Shown here: positions 9,156 through 18,846 of the stretch, in pieces
Numbering within the stretch: the stretch's first letter is position 1
Layout of the letters: each line of letters starts with the position of its first letter
IMG/VR virus record: IMGVR_UViG_3300042261_002385
Coordinates: 372,266 to 436,265 of that record
DNA: 64,000 bases
Reading direction: 5' to 3' (one strand)
Translations under genes and position numbers: made by a program
Notes under the pieces: generated by a model
What the model saw: the letters and a program-made list of their open reading frames with translations, nothing else
Told to the model about the DNA's origin: nothing
Databases searched by the model: none

Positions 9156-10133
9156 ATGGCAAATGATCCAAAAACAATTATAGAAGAATGGGGAGTTGAT
9201 CCACTTGAAGGAGTTCAATTAAATGAAGTTCAACAAACAATAGTTGATGAGGCATTAGGAAATGCCACTTCATTCAGAAATGATAAAGTGGTAAGTGATG
9301 AACTTGAAAATAAATATTCTAGTTTATTCAGTCAATGTGATAGTGTAATTAAATCATTGGATGAAACATCTCTTAAAAGACTTCTTAGAAATGTTTATAT
9401 AAATGAAAATCCAAAGTGGCACCCTGAGAGAAACTCACTTGTTCATATTAAAATCGTTATGTCACGAGGAATTCAAACTGGAGATGATGACCTTATTCAA
9501 GCAGCACTTTATCACGACATTTCTAAATTTGATACTGTTTCATTTAACAAACAGGGATGGCCAACATCACTTGGGCATGACAAAGCAGGAGCTGATGTTG
9601 CTATGTCAGATGGTGCAAATGAAGTAGTTGTTTATGTTTGTGCTAAACATATGGTCATTAAGGGTTGGCAGGGAGCTTCAGAAGGTGGTGAATTAAATCC
9701 ATCAACTAAGTTTAAGATATTTGCAGATGCTCCAGGAGCAGACAATAATGAAAAAGCAAAATCATTTTGGAAACTTTGTGTGTTTTCTAAAATGGATAAT
9801 ATGGGAAATGATTTCAACTATGAAAACTTAAGATGGGATAATCCAAACTATGATAATTGGGATGAAGAGTGTCCTTTAAGAGATCAATTTAAGAAAGCAG
9901 AACTAGTTGAGATTAAAGTGGAAAAACCAAAACCTCCTTTCTCTGCTCAAGAGATTATGGCATTTGGAGTTCAACCAGGTCCAATGATGGGTAAAGTTAT
10001 TGGAGCTACTACTGGAAAAACTAGAGAAGAGGCTTTAGAAATTATTAAACAAATGACTGGTAATCCGAATTTGACTATGGAATCTAAAAGATGGATTAGG
10101 ACATTTGAGAGTTTTAGAAATAAATTAAGATAG
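9156..10133 (+). CDS. HD-domain phosphohydrolase with CCA-adding-enzyme-like C-terminal segment
   Basis: WHPE..SLVH, AALYHDISK, GH; GVQPGPMMGKVI; ends KRWIRTFESFR. Confidence 0.7.
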   Translation: MANDPKTIIEEWGVDPLEGVQLNEVQQTIVDEALGNATSFRNDKVVSDELENKYSSLFSQCDSVIKSLDETSLKRLLRNVYINENPKWHPERNSLVHIKIVMSRGIQTGDDDLIQAALYHDISKFDTVSFNKQGWPTSLGHDKAGADVAMSDGANEVVVYVCAKHMVIKGWQGASEGGELNPSTKFKIFADAPGADNNEKAKSFWKLCVFSKMDNMGNDFNYENLRWDNPNYDNWDEECPLRDQFKKAELVEIKVEKPKPPFSAQEIMAFGVQPGPMMGKVIGATTGKTREEALEIIKQMTGNPNLTMESKRWIRTFESFRNKLR

Positions 10134-10442
10134 TATTTCTTCTAATTTTAACTCTCTAATTTTTTGTAAGTCTAATTTCAATGTTTCAATTGATGAATAC
10201 TTAAAATGTTTTCCACCGTCATAAGACCAACAATCTAAAGTTGATACAACTCTATTCCAGTCAAGTGGTTTAACTAAAACCACCTGTTGATTTTGATTAT
10301 AAATAAGCTGAAAAGCATAAACACCTTCTTTTATATAATTAAGTATTTCAGATGTTTTTTCATCGGAAAATCGTAAATTATACTTTACTTTATGGTAATT
10401 TAACTCAGCTTTTATATAAACTTCAATCATAATCCTAAACAC
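10125..10442 (-). CDS. Hypothetical protein with C-terminal tag (RELKLEEILS)
   Basis: ORF; tag. Confidence 0.7.
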   Translation of the reverse strand: MFRIMIEVYIKAELNYHKVKYNLRFSDEKTSEILNYIKEGVYAFQLIYNQNQQVVLVKPLDWNRVVSTLDCWSYDGGKHFKYSSIETLKLDLQKIRELKLEEILS

Positions 10443-10648
10443 TTTAATTTATTATCTCTCGCTTTTGATTTAGTGGTAAATAATTCCTTTCTATAATTAC
10501 CAGTGATATCTAAATCATTAACAATTGTATAATGTCCTGTAACAATTCTTAGATAAACATATTTCTTCCCTTTAGTTAGGACTTTAACTTTTTGACCATT
10601 ATAAACATTTTGATATCGGTCTTTAATAGCAATTACATAATCCTTCAT
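10427..10648 (-). CDS. Hypothetical protein with C-terminal tag (RDNKLKCLGL)
   Basis: ORF; tag. Confidence 0.7.
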   Translation of the reverse strand: MKDYVIAIKDRYQNVYNGQKVKVLTKGKKYVYLRIVTGHYTIVNDLDITGNYRKELFTTKSKARDNKLKCLGL

Positions 10649-10681
10649 ATTCCTATTTTATTTTTTCAATTGGCATTGGAG

Positions 10682-10927
10682 CTACAGAAATATCTCATCT
10701 AACATTTTTTGCCTCCAAACATCTAAAGTAACAAAGTTCTTTGTTGGAAACCAATCCATCTTACTAAATCCTTCTAAGTTTAAGTAATTTTTATCCCATT
10801 CTACAGCATCGAAAAAAACAAGACTTGCTTCATATACTTTACCATATTCTAATGGCTCTTCTAATTTTAGAATTGGATCTCCACTTAACTTATTTGTAAA
10901 GTTAGCATCTATACAAACTACTTTCAT
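10682..10927 (-). CDS. Hypothetical protein with C-terminal tag (RQKMLDEIFL)
   Basis: ORF; tag. Confidence 0.7.
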   Translation of the reverse strand: MKVVCIDANFTNKLSGDPILKLEEPLEYGKVYEASLVFFDAVEWDKNYLNLEGFSKMDWFPTKNFVTLDVWRQKMLDEIFL

Positions 10928-11445
10928 ATTCCTAAATCATCTAATTTACTATCTCTTAAAAACTCTTTGATAAGTAAGTTCAATTCATATTTTCCATCAA
11001 CACAATCTCTTTCTAGAATCTTAATTGGTCTAATTTCTATTGTGTGAGTTCTATCAATTCTTTTATCAGAACCCCAATCGGATAACTGTGAATTTTTATT
11101 TTTGGATAGAATATCAAAAGTCATAAGTCTAATTGACCTCATCTTTTTTGATGTAACTATTTTTGTTTTAAAGTAATCCGATTTCTCAAAAGTAATCTCA
11201 ACTATGAAGTGAAACTTATCAGTGACTTCTGATAAGTTTGATGGCATAGTTTTATAAAACTGAGGCTGTTCAATATGAGAATAAGTAATGACTCCGCCAC
11301 TTTCTGAAACTGCGACATCATCAATTGTGAAAAAATCATCACTGGTCATTTCGAAAAAATTCTTTTGCTCAGGAAGCCAACTTAAAAAGATTAGACTTTT
11401 AGTTTCCTTATTAAATGAGTTTGATATATTGTAGTCAATTTTCAT
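10924..11445 (-). CDS. Hypothetical protein with C-terminal tag (RDSKLDDLGI)
   Basis: ORF; tag. Confidence 0.72.
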   Translation of the reverse strand: MKIDYNISNSFNKETKSLIFLSWLPEQKNFFEMTSDDFFTIDDVAVSESGGVITYSHIEQPQFYKTMPSNLSEVTDKFHFIVEITFEKSDYFKTKIVTSKKMRSIRLMTFDILSKNKNSQLSDWGSDKRIDRTHTIEIRPIKILERDCVDGKYELNLLIKEFLRDSKLDDLGI

Positions 11446-11563
11446 TAAATATCCTTTTAATTTTTTGCACTCTAACTGTTTTTTTGAATCTAAAGTATTT
11501 CAATGGAACACCAGAACCCTGTAACAACCTTTCATAGAAATATTTTAACTCAGACCTATTCAC
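11435..11563 (-). CDS. 42-aa ORF with C-terminal tag variant (RVQKIKRIFNEN), absent from ORF track
   Basis: Manual translation from GTG; fills the gap in the operon. Confidence 0.5.
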   Translation of the reverse strand: MNRSELKYFYERLLQGSGVPLKYFRFKKTVRVQKIKRIFNEN

Positions 11564-11903
11564 CTTTAATAATTTTGATGAGTTGATTATTAGCCATACC
11601 GGTTCCGATAAAATATTCTAAAGCTGTGTAGATGTTTTTACTGTGGTCTCTATATGAATTCTGAATTCTTAACTCACTTATATCACACTCTAAAACCGGC
11701 TTGTCAGAGGTCACATTTAACATCGAACATCTTTGATGTAAATCTATGACTCTTTTTGTATAACCAATTGATATAATTCTATCATAAAAATTGACATCAT
11801 TAAACTCTTCGGTTAATCTACTATCAATGTGACCATAATACTTTAACCACTCGGCTTCTGTTTTGGCACACTTCCACATTTTTTCTAAATCTAACATACC
11901 CAA
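11556..11903 (-). CDS. Hypothetical protein
   Basis: ORF in operon. Confidence 0.65.
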   Translation of the reverse strand: MGMLDLEKMWKCAKTEAEWLKYYGHIDSRLTEEFNDVNFYDRIISIGYTKRVIDLHQRCSMLNVTSDKPVLECDISELRIQNSYRDHSKNIYTALEYFIGTGMANNQLIKIIKGE

Positions 11904-11992
11904 TATTGATACTCATTTTCGTCTCTAAGGACTTCATTTATTTTTAATTCACGCTCAAATCTTATAACAGAAGCTAAAATGTCATTATACAT
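11891..11992 (-). CDS. 33-aa ORF consisting largely of the C-type tag (RELKINEVL)
   Basis: MYNDILASVIRFERELKINEVLRDENEYQYWVC*, first ORF after the promoter at 12030. Confidence 0.55.
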   Translation of the reverse strand: MYNDILASVIRFERELKINEVLRDENEYQYWVC

Positions 11993-12029
11993 TAATACTC
12001 TACTATTTGCTATAATCCTCATATTACGC

Positions 12030-12037
12030 CAAATATA
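12030..12037 (-). promoter_or_regulatory. Bacteroidota -7 promoter element TATATTTG
   Basis: Heads the minus-strand operon 11992-10125. Confidence 0.6.
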
Positions 12038-12060
12038 ATAAAAATTTTAATATATACAAT

Positions 12061-12585
12061 GTGAAACACTTAAAAAGATTTAATGAGAATATAACTTCTG
12101 ATAATAGAACTGAAAGATTTCAGTCTATGATGGATCTTGTGAAAGCCTTTGAGAAGGGAAAAATTACACCACCAACTGAAGATGTTCCAATAAGTCATGT
12201 CTATAAAGGTATAGTTATCAAAACGGTAAATAAAATTGATACAACTGGTTTAGGTGGAAGACTCGGATCTCCTGACACCGAGCTTTCTGGAGTTGAAGTC
12301 TATAATGATATTGCTGAAGATTGGTTTAGAAGAACACTAGATGTTGAAAGTAAAAACTATCAAACAAACTGGATTTATATAGGTCAAAATTTTCGCTCTG
12401 GTCAATTTAGTCTCTGTTTCTACGAAAGTGAAAGTGGAGTGAAACAAAGAGTATCGGCTAATTATGGTGTTGATTTTCACGACCATTTAATACTTAACTA
12501 CAATGATGTAAATCATGCTGAATTAGAAAACCTACTAAGTCAATTCGGAGTTGAAGTAGATGAAATGTGGGGAATTCCAAGATAA
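12061..12585 (+). CDS. Hypothetical N-tagged protein
   Basis: GTG start MKHLKRFNEN; taatatata upstream. Confidence 0.72.
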   Translation: MKHLKRFNENITSDNRTERFQSMMDLVKAFEKGKITPPTEDVPISHVYKGIVIKTVNKIDTTGLGGRLGSPDTELSGVEVYNDIAEDWFRRTLDVESKNYQTNWIYIGQNFRSGQFSLCFYESESGVKQRVSANYGVDFHDHLILNYNDVNHAELENLLSQFGVEVDEMWGIPR

Positions 12586-12588
12586 TTT

Positions 12589-13464
12589 TTATTCAACTTT
12601 TATTGAATTAAAAAATGATTTCCAATCCATCCAACCTCTTCCAACATAATGAACATTTGGGTTAGTTGGTATGTTATCAGGAAAATCTTTTCTAATAGTT
12701 TTCCAGTGTCTATGACTTGTAATTTCAGTATAATTCTCAGATAACCATTTTACACAATCATCATAGTTTAGAAAACACTTTTTTTGATTTTGCACCCTAT
12801 CATTTGATAAGAAATCTGACCAAGATATCCATCCTCTATTTTTATAATATCTTTCTGGTCTTCTCGGTAAAAAACTTGGAACCTCAATTTTTTTCCACTC
12901 AGCTAAGTTTTCTAAAATAATTTTATTTTCTTTTATCCAATTTTTAGCTTCATCATATGATAAGTAGCTAATCTTTTTATTATCTTGTATTCTGTTTGTT
13001 CCTAAAAAATCTCCCCATGAAATCCATCCTCTATTTAGATAAACCTCTCTTGGATTTCTGGATATGAATTCGGGTAAGTCTTTTATTTTATACCATTCAC
13101 TTTTGCTATTCACTGATAGGTTTTCTGAGACCCATTTTTTACAATCATCATATGAAATTTCATATTTAATAGTTCCTCCTCCTTTACCACCTTTAGATGT
13201 ATTGACTAGATTATCAAACTGAGTTATCCAATACTGTTCTCTTTCCGACCATATATTATCATCAATTTCTTCTAAAATTTTATAACCTATTTTTTTGTTT
13301 TCAGATAGTAGCTTTTTTATCCAACAATTCTTATGTGTCTTACTATTATTTCTCTGATAGATATGTCTTTTTAAACGGTTAGCTGGATTGTCAGCTTTAC
13401 CGACATATCTAATGATTTCATCATCCTCAGAATATAATCCATAGATAAATGTTTTTTTATCCAT
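12589..13464 (-). CDS. Free-standing GIY-YIG endonuclease with three C-terminal repeats (integrase-repeat-unit-like)
   Basis: IYGL...RYVGKA...RLKRH; 3x P..P...Y..RGW..W..F. Confidence 0.8.
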   Translation of the reverse strand: MDKKTFIYGLYSEDDEIIRYVGKADNPANRLKRHIYQRNNSKTHKNCWIKKLLSENKKIGYKILEEIDDNIWSEREQYWITQFDNLVNTSKGGKGGGTIKYEISYDDCKKWVSENLSVNSKSEWYKIKDLPEFISRNPREVYLNRGWISWGDFLGTNRIQDNKKISYLSYDEAKNWIKENKIILENLAEWKKIEVPSFLPRRPERYYKNRGWISWSDFLSNDRVQNQKKCFLNYDDCVKWLSENYTEITSHRHWKTIRKDFPDNIPTNPNVHYVGRGWMDWKSFFNSIKVE

Positions 13465-13544
13465 ATAAACTTTTTCTTTTATATATTATAAAACACATAG
13501 TCCCTATTCTGGGGTATTTGTAAAAACAACTAAAATTAAAAATT

Positions 13545-14270
13545 ATGAAAAGTGAAACAGAATTTAAGAAATTTGCACTAAGTGAGGGTTTATCATCAAT
13601 GGACCTACACTATCACCAACAACAAATTGAGGCTTCTATGACACCTTATATTCTTGAAGAAAGAGAAATGAGGGTCACACAAATGGATGTATTCAGTAGA
13701 TTACTAAGAGATAGAATTATTTGGATATCAGGAGTTGTAGATCAAAGAATGTGTGATGTCACTCAAGCACAGCTTATGTTTTTAGATTCAACAGAAAAGA
13801 AAGATATCACACTTCATATAAATTCACCAGGTGGTTCCGTTTTACATGGTTTAGGAATTATTGATGTTATGAACTATATCAACTCAGATATCCAAACAAT
13901 CAATACAGGAATGGCAGCATCTATGGGTTCTGTTCTACTTTCATCTGGAACAAAAGGAAAACGATCATCACTTCTACATTCAAGAGTTATGACACACCAA
14001 GTCAGTCACGGAATGCAAGGAAATATTCAAGATACAACTATTTCTCACATTGAAGGACACAAATACAACTATATCTTATTTAAGATTTTGGCTGACAACT
14101 GTGGAAAATCTTTTGAAGAAATGATTGAGTCTTCTCGTCGTGACAAATGGTTTAACTCACATGAAGCACTCCAGTTTGGATTGATTGATGAGGTTATCGG
14201 TGATAACTCTATGGATAAAATGTTAGTTGGATTTGATGACTATTATAACAGAGAAGTTTTATCAAAATAA
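13545..14270 (+). CDS. clpP: ATP-dependent Clp protease proteolytic subunit (Bacteroidota-type)
   Basis: PYILEER..DVFSRLL.DRII, INSPGGSV, GMAASMG (Ser), MTHQ (His), RDKW (Asp). Confidence 0.95.
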   Translation: MKSETEFKKFALSEGLSSMDLHYHQQQIEASMTPYILEEREMRVTQMDVFSRLLRDRIIWISGVVDQRMCDVTQAQLMFLDSTEKKDITLHINSPGGSVLHGLGIIDVMNYINSDIQTINTGMAASMGSVLLSSGTKGKRSSLLHSRVMTHQVSHGMQGNIQDTTISHIEGHKYNYILFKILADNCGKSFEEMIESSRRDKWFNSHEALQFGLIDEVIGDNSMDKMLVGFDDYYNREVLSK

Positions 14271-14291
14271 TAAATAAGAAAAAACAACATT

Positions 14292-14660
14292 ATGAAAAAT
14301 TTAATTTTAACTTTTATCTTTAGTTTAATCTCATTGATTTCTTTCTCACAGTCACAAATTGACTTTGTTGAACTAACACACGATTTCGGTAGAATTGAGT
14401 TCAAAGGTGATACATTAGTGACTCAATTCTGGTTTAAAAATAGAGGAACTTCAACACTAGAAATAATTGACGCAAAAGGTTCTTGTGGTTGCACAATAGC
14501 TGATTTTCCAAAAGAAGTTCCAGTGGGGACCGGAGGTTCAATCACTGTTAAGTATTATAGTGCTAACGAAGGTTTCATAAACAAAAGTGTAACTGTCACT
14601 ACAAACGATCCAAACAATCCAGTTGTAGTTTTGCGAATCAAAGGTGAAACCTATAAATAA
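14292..14660 (+). CDS. DUF1573 domain secreted protein
   Basis: Signal peptide ending SQ; HDFG, F.FKN.G, SCGCT, FINKSVTV.TN. Confidence 0.85.
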   Translation: MKNLILTFIFSLISLISFSQSQIDFVELTHDFGRIEFKGDTLVTQFWFKNRGTSTLEIIDAKGSCGCTIADFPKEVPVGTGGSITVKYYSANEGFINKSVTVTTNDPNNPVVVLRIKGETYK

Positions 14661-14666
14661 ATATAA

Positions 14667-16472
14667 ATGTCAAATTGGACTTTAATTAAAAGAATCTGGG
14701 AATTCGCTTACCCTTTTAGAAAAACTATTGGAGTAATTTTCTTATGTATTCTTTTTACAGCCATCATTGATGGAATCAATACTTATTTTTTAAGTAATAT
14801 TTTTGATATCATTCAGAAACACTCAAACGATCCAAATTATATGAATGCAGCTCTTCTATCAGCTGCATTGGCTGGAATAGGAGTATTTGTAAGAATTCTT
14901 ATTTCAAGATATCAAGGTAATCTTGAAATAAGAAAACTTGATATAACTGCCTCAAACCATTTAAATCATTTTTCAATTGCAAAATATTTTGGATTTTCTA
15001 ATGGTCAACACATCAATGAACACTCCGGAGTTAAACAAAATATAATTACATCTGGTTTTCAATCAGTTCAAGGTCAAATTCAGCTTTTTGTTTATCACTT
15101 ACTTCCAGCAGTTGCTAACTTTATAGTTTCAATTGTGATGTTGTTTTATATTAGCTCCTACATAGGATTCGCTTACTTAGGTGTGTCTTTTATTTTTCTT
15201 TGGTCGATATATAAGTTCAATACTTATCTTCAACCAAAATTGAGAGAAGTAAGAGACGCTAGAAATCAAACAGCTAGAACAATTTCTGAATTGTATCGAT
15301 TTGTATTTTTAATTAAAAATGAAGTAGCTGAAAAGAAATCCTTAAATGATTTGGATGATGTTCAAGATGCGCATCAACAGGCCTATGAAAAGACTTGGCT
15401 ACCTGGAAATAATTGGTTGACCATCATTCGATTATCAACTGCTGGATTTAGATACTTAACCATACTTTTTGCAGTTTGGTTGTTATTTAATGGTTTTATA
15501 ACTGCAGGTGCTATCTTCTTAATCTTTACCTGGTCTCAAAACTTCATAACGTCTCTTTGGATGATAACTGATATGCAAAAACAATTTATAACAGATAAAA
15601 TTAACATTGAAAAGTATTTTGAAATTTTAGAAATCAAGCCTGACGTTCAAGAAGTTGAGACTCCAATAAGTTCAGATTTAATAGGAGATATTGAGTTTAG
15701 AAATGTCGAGTTCAGTTATCCACAAAGAAAAAAATCACATAGTGATAAATTAGAAGATGAACTTCAATCAGAAATGGTTTTGAAAGGACTAACATTTACA
15801 ATTAAAGAAGGTGAAAAAGTTGCCTTTGTCGGTGAAAGTGGTTCGGGTAAATCTACAATTGCGAATCTTGTAAGAAGAGCATTCGATCCACAAAATGGTG
15901 AAATTTTAGTAAATGGTAATAATCTTAAAGAATTAGAACTAAAATCATTTCTTAGAAAAATTGGAAGCGTAGACCAAGAGGTAAATCTCTTTGATAAGAG
16001 TATTCGAGAAAACATTTCTTATGGAACAGAAAGACTACTAACCGATGAGGAGTTAAATAACATATCAAAGATGGCTCGTATTGATTCATTTTACAAAAAA
16101 CTAGAACATGGTTGGGACACTATTGTTGGTGAACGTGGAGCTAAAGTATCAGGCGGTGAAAAACAAAGAATTGGTATCGCAAGAGCATTGGCTAAGAATC
16201 CAGAAATACTTATCTTTGATGAGGCGACTTCTGCACTTGACACTGTAAGTGAAAGAGTGGTTCAAAAATCAATCGATGCTGTTAGTAAAGGAAAAACTTC
16301 TATAATCATCGCACACCGTCTTTCAACTGTAAAAAACTGCGACAAGATATTTGTATTAAAACAGGGAGTATTATTAGCTGAAGGAACACATGAGCAACTT
16401 TTAGAAAGTTGCGAATATTATAAAGAATTAGTAAAACATCAATTAACAAATAAACCAACAGAAAATGTATAA
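14667..16472 (+). CDS. ABC exporter, fused TMD + ATPase
   Basis: TM helices; GESGSGKS, VSGGEKQR, ILIFDEATS, IAHRL. Confidence 0.93.
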   Translation: MSNWTLIKRIWEFAYPFRKTIGVIFLCILFTAIIDGINTYFLSNIFDIIQKHSNDPNYMNAALLSAALAGIGVFVRILISRYQGNLEIRKLDITASNHLNHFSIAKYFGFSNGQHINEHSGVKQNIITSGFQSVQGQIQLFVYHLLPAVANFIVSIVMLFYISSYIGFAYLGVSFIFLWSIYKFNTYLQPKLREVRDARNQTARTISELYRFVFLIKNEVAEKKSLNDLDDVQDAHQQAYEKTWLPGNNWLTIIRLSTAGFRYLTILFAVWLLFNGFITAGAIFLIFTWSQNFITSLWMITDMQKQFITDKINIEKYFEILEIKPDVQEVETPISSDLIGDIEFRNVEFSYPQRKKSHSDKLEDELQSEMVLKGLTFTIKEGEKVAFVGESGSGKSTIANLVRRAFDPQNGEILVNGNNLKELELKSFLRKIGSVDQEVNLFDKSIRENISYGTERLLTDEELNNISKMARIDSFYKKLEHGWDTIVGERGAKVSGGEKQRIGIARALAKNPEILIFDEATSALDTVSERVVQKSIDAVSKGKTSIIIAHRLSTVKNCDKIFVLKQGVLLAEGTHEQLLESCEYYKELVKHQLTNKPTENV

Positions 16473-16893
16473 AGCTTATATTGTAATGAAAAAAGGTTAT
16501 GAATATGATGATAATATTTATAACGAAACAGAAGGTGGAACTCCTAAAACAGTTTGTTTCACAAAAGATGATGCGATTAAAAAGGCAAAAGAGCTGAATA
16601 TAAAAGAATATCAAACAAGTTCCATAACAGAATTTTCTTATGAGTATGAAGACTGTATAAATGTTGAATGGGATATATTTGAGAAATTCAATCAGTCTTT
16701 AGTTGAAAAGTATGGTAAAATTCAATCAAAATATACCTGGGACAATACAGAAAATAGACTTCATCCTGAAGCTAATCAGGATGAAATAAACGAATATTGT
16801 AAAATGGTTACAGTTTCATTTTATGATGTAGTTGAGGTAGATGTTGATATGTCAAGTTGGAGGGATAATCAACTAAATCAAATTATAGACTAA
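16465..16893 (+). CDS. Hypothetical protein with C-terminal tag (RDNQLNQIID)
   Basis: ORF; tag. Confidence 0.72.
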   Translation: MYKAYIVMKKGYEYDDNIYNETEGGTPKTVCFTKDDAIKKAKELNIKEYQTSSITEFSYEYEDCINVEWDIFEKFNQSLVEKYGKIQSKYTWDNTENRLHPEANQDEINEYCKMVTVSFYDVVEVDVDMSSWRDNQLNQIID

Positions 16894-16916
16894 CCACTTA
16901 TGAAAGTGGTTTTTTT
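16892..16916 (+). terminator. Intrinsic terminator
   Basis: aaccact-tatgaa-agtggtt + T run. Confidence 0.75.
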
Positions 16917-16945
16917 ATTTTAATATATAAAAGAAAAAGTTATCT

Positions 16946-17362
16946 ATGGATAATTATAATACTAATTCTAAAGTAAGAAATTTTGGTGATTTCTGTAACA
17001 ACTGGAAAGCTGAAAAAGAAAAACTTAAAACGGTTAAAAGAAGTTTTCAACCTAATTCTGATAGACAAAATCATACTACTAATACTAGAAACGAGTTTAA
17101 TCCGATCACTAGAAAAATCACAGCTTACACTGAGGATGAAGTAGAAGATACTTTAGATAACATGGCAGAAATCGAAAAAATGGAAGAAAAAAAGTCTGAA
17201 AAAGCTGAATCATTAGAAGACTGCCCATCATATTCAGAATTTAACAAAGCAATTTCAGAACTTAAAAAAGTCACAAAAAAAATCCATTCTGAATTGAAAA
17301 GAGGAACCAAAGGTGAAATTGATGATTATATCGAAAAGAAAATTTTTGGAAGAGATGTTTAA
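16946..17362 (+). CDS. Hypothetical protein
   Basis: ORF behind taatatata; KVRNFGDF may be a tag variant. Confidence 0.7.
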   Translation: MDNYNTNSKVRNFGDFCNNWKAEKEKLKTVKRSFQPNSDRQNHTTNTRNEFNPITRKITAYTEDEVEDTLDNMAEIEKMEEKKSEKAESLEDCPSYSEFNKAISELKKVTKKIHSELKRGTKGEIDDYIEKKIFGRDV

Positions 17363-17375
17363 ACATCTCTTTTTT
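17351..17375 (+). terminator. Intrinsic terminator / palindrome
   Basis: agagatgttt-aaacatctct + T run. Confidence 0.65.
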
Positions 17376-17391
17376 ATTTAAAACATTTCCT

Positions 17392-17399
17392 TATATTTG
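17392..17399 (+). promoter_or_regulatory. Bacteroidota -7 element TATATTTG
   Basis: Upstream of 17413. Confidence 0.6.
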
Positions 17400-17794
17400 T
17401 ATAAAATATAAGATGATGAATAAACTAATTAACAAGTTCAAAAATTATTTCAATCCTGAAATCAAAGGAGAAGATTTCATCGTAGGTGTAAAGACCTTAC
17501 ATCCAAAAGAAAAATCAAATCCAAAATTCAACTCAATGACCACAGGTGATAGAAAAAGATTTTTTGATAATTATAACCAAAATCTTCTTAATCGCATCTC
17601 GGATATAAAATCAAAAAATTCATAATGTTATTGATAATCTTTTCAATATTCGCAATTGTTACCGCCATTCTTATCATCACACTAGTAGCCTCTCTATGGA
17701 TACACAAAAACAAACGCGGTTCTAAAATTTGGAACTTTGTAAATAAACACATCATCACAGATGAAGATGAATATTTAAAAAATAAATAGTTTTT

Positions 17795-18091
17795 ATGGAA
17801 ATGATAAAATTCGAACTTCCTGAAATTCTATGGAAAGTCACCAGAGCTTATTTAACAAATGGAGTACCCACCCACTATTTGTTTGAAATCTTATCGAAAG
17901 AAAAAAGTTATTACTTTAAAGATCATAATTTAGCACAGGAATTTTGTGACTCATTCGCTGATGAAGAAATAATCGAACCAGTTGAGGTTGCTAAATTTAA
18001 TAATGAAAATATAGTTTATAATTTAAAAGTAGTTGCTTATATTGAAAGAATTGAGACGAAAAATATTATCCCAAAAGTTTTTGATTTATAA
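17795..18091 (+). CDS. Hypothetical protein
   Basis: ORF. Confidence 0.6.
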   Translation: MEMIKFELPEILWKVTRAYLTNGVPTHYLFEILSKEKSYYFKDHNLAQEFCDSFADEEIIEPVEVAKFNNENIVYNLKVVAYIERIETKNIIPKVFDL

Positions 18092-18100
18092 ATTTTTTAT

Positions 18101-18128
18101 TATCTTTGTATAAATAAAAAATCACTAC
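18101..18128 (+). promoter_or_regulatory. TATCTTTG promoter plus AATCACTAC leader motif
   Basis: tatctttg 18101-18108, atcactac 18121-18128, ATG 18132. Confidence 0.6.
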
Positions 18129-18131
18129 AAA

Positions 18132-18368
18132 ATGGACCAACAAAAAGTTAAAGACCACTTAAAAATTACAGGTATCGTAGCCGCAATTGTTTTCATCGGA
18201 TTCAGTTATATAGTTGGATCTTTCAACCACTCAGTAGCAACTGAAGATGATAGAGGAATGGCACTAATAATTTTTGCACTCGCTGCTATCATTCTAAATA
18301 TGATGTATTACGAGTCTTACACTGAAAAGAAAAAAGAAATTAAAGATAAAGAAAATGAAAATTGGTAA
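18132..18368 (+). CDS. Small membrane protein
   Basis: Two hydrophobic segments. Confidence 0.65.
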   Translation: MDQQKVKDHLKITGIVAAIVFIGFSYIVGSFNHSVATEDDRGMALIIFALAAIILNMMYYESYTEKKKEIKDKENENW

Positions 18369-18505
18369 AATGACAATCACTGAGGCTTATCATTACCTCA
18401 AACCTATAGCGAATAATCATGGACTAAATTTAAATCGTGCCAAAGAATTTAAACTGGCCAGATTAATTTTAGTAAACCTTTATTGCCACAATTAATATAA
18501 TCGTT

Positions 18506-18841
18506 ATGAGAGTTTATAAGATTAGTACTAATTTGACTAATGAGCAAAATAAAGAACTTGTTAAAAACATCGCTGAAGAAGATGCTAATTTTTTAGCAAC
18601 ATTAGATATTAAAGTATCAGTCGATCTTTTAGATGAAGAGGATAAATTAACCACTGTTATGGTCACTAACATCATCACAGTTGAAAAACTTAAAACATTT
18701 TTCAATAAAGCAAATATAGAATACGATGTTGAAGATATTACAGAATATTTTTCAACTGAAGAAGATGAAGATGTTTTAACTCCAATTCTTGAAGAATTGA
18801 CAACCGAAGACATTCTTAAAACATTCGGGGTAGAAATATAA
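18506..18841 (+). CDS. Hypothetical acidic protein
   Basis: ORF. Confidence 0.65.
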   Translation: MRVYKISTNLTNEQNKELVKNIAEEDANFLATLDIKVSVDLLDEEDKLTTVMVTNIITVEKLKTFFNKANIEYDVEDITEYFSTEEDEDVLTPILEELTTEDILKTFGVEI

Positions 18842-18846
18842 ATCCA

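Noticed and set aside
12589-13464. Integrase or prophage boundary
   Set aside because: The repeats resemble the integrase repeat unit but there is no tyrosine or serine recombinase catalytic domain and no att site seen
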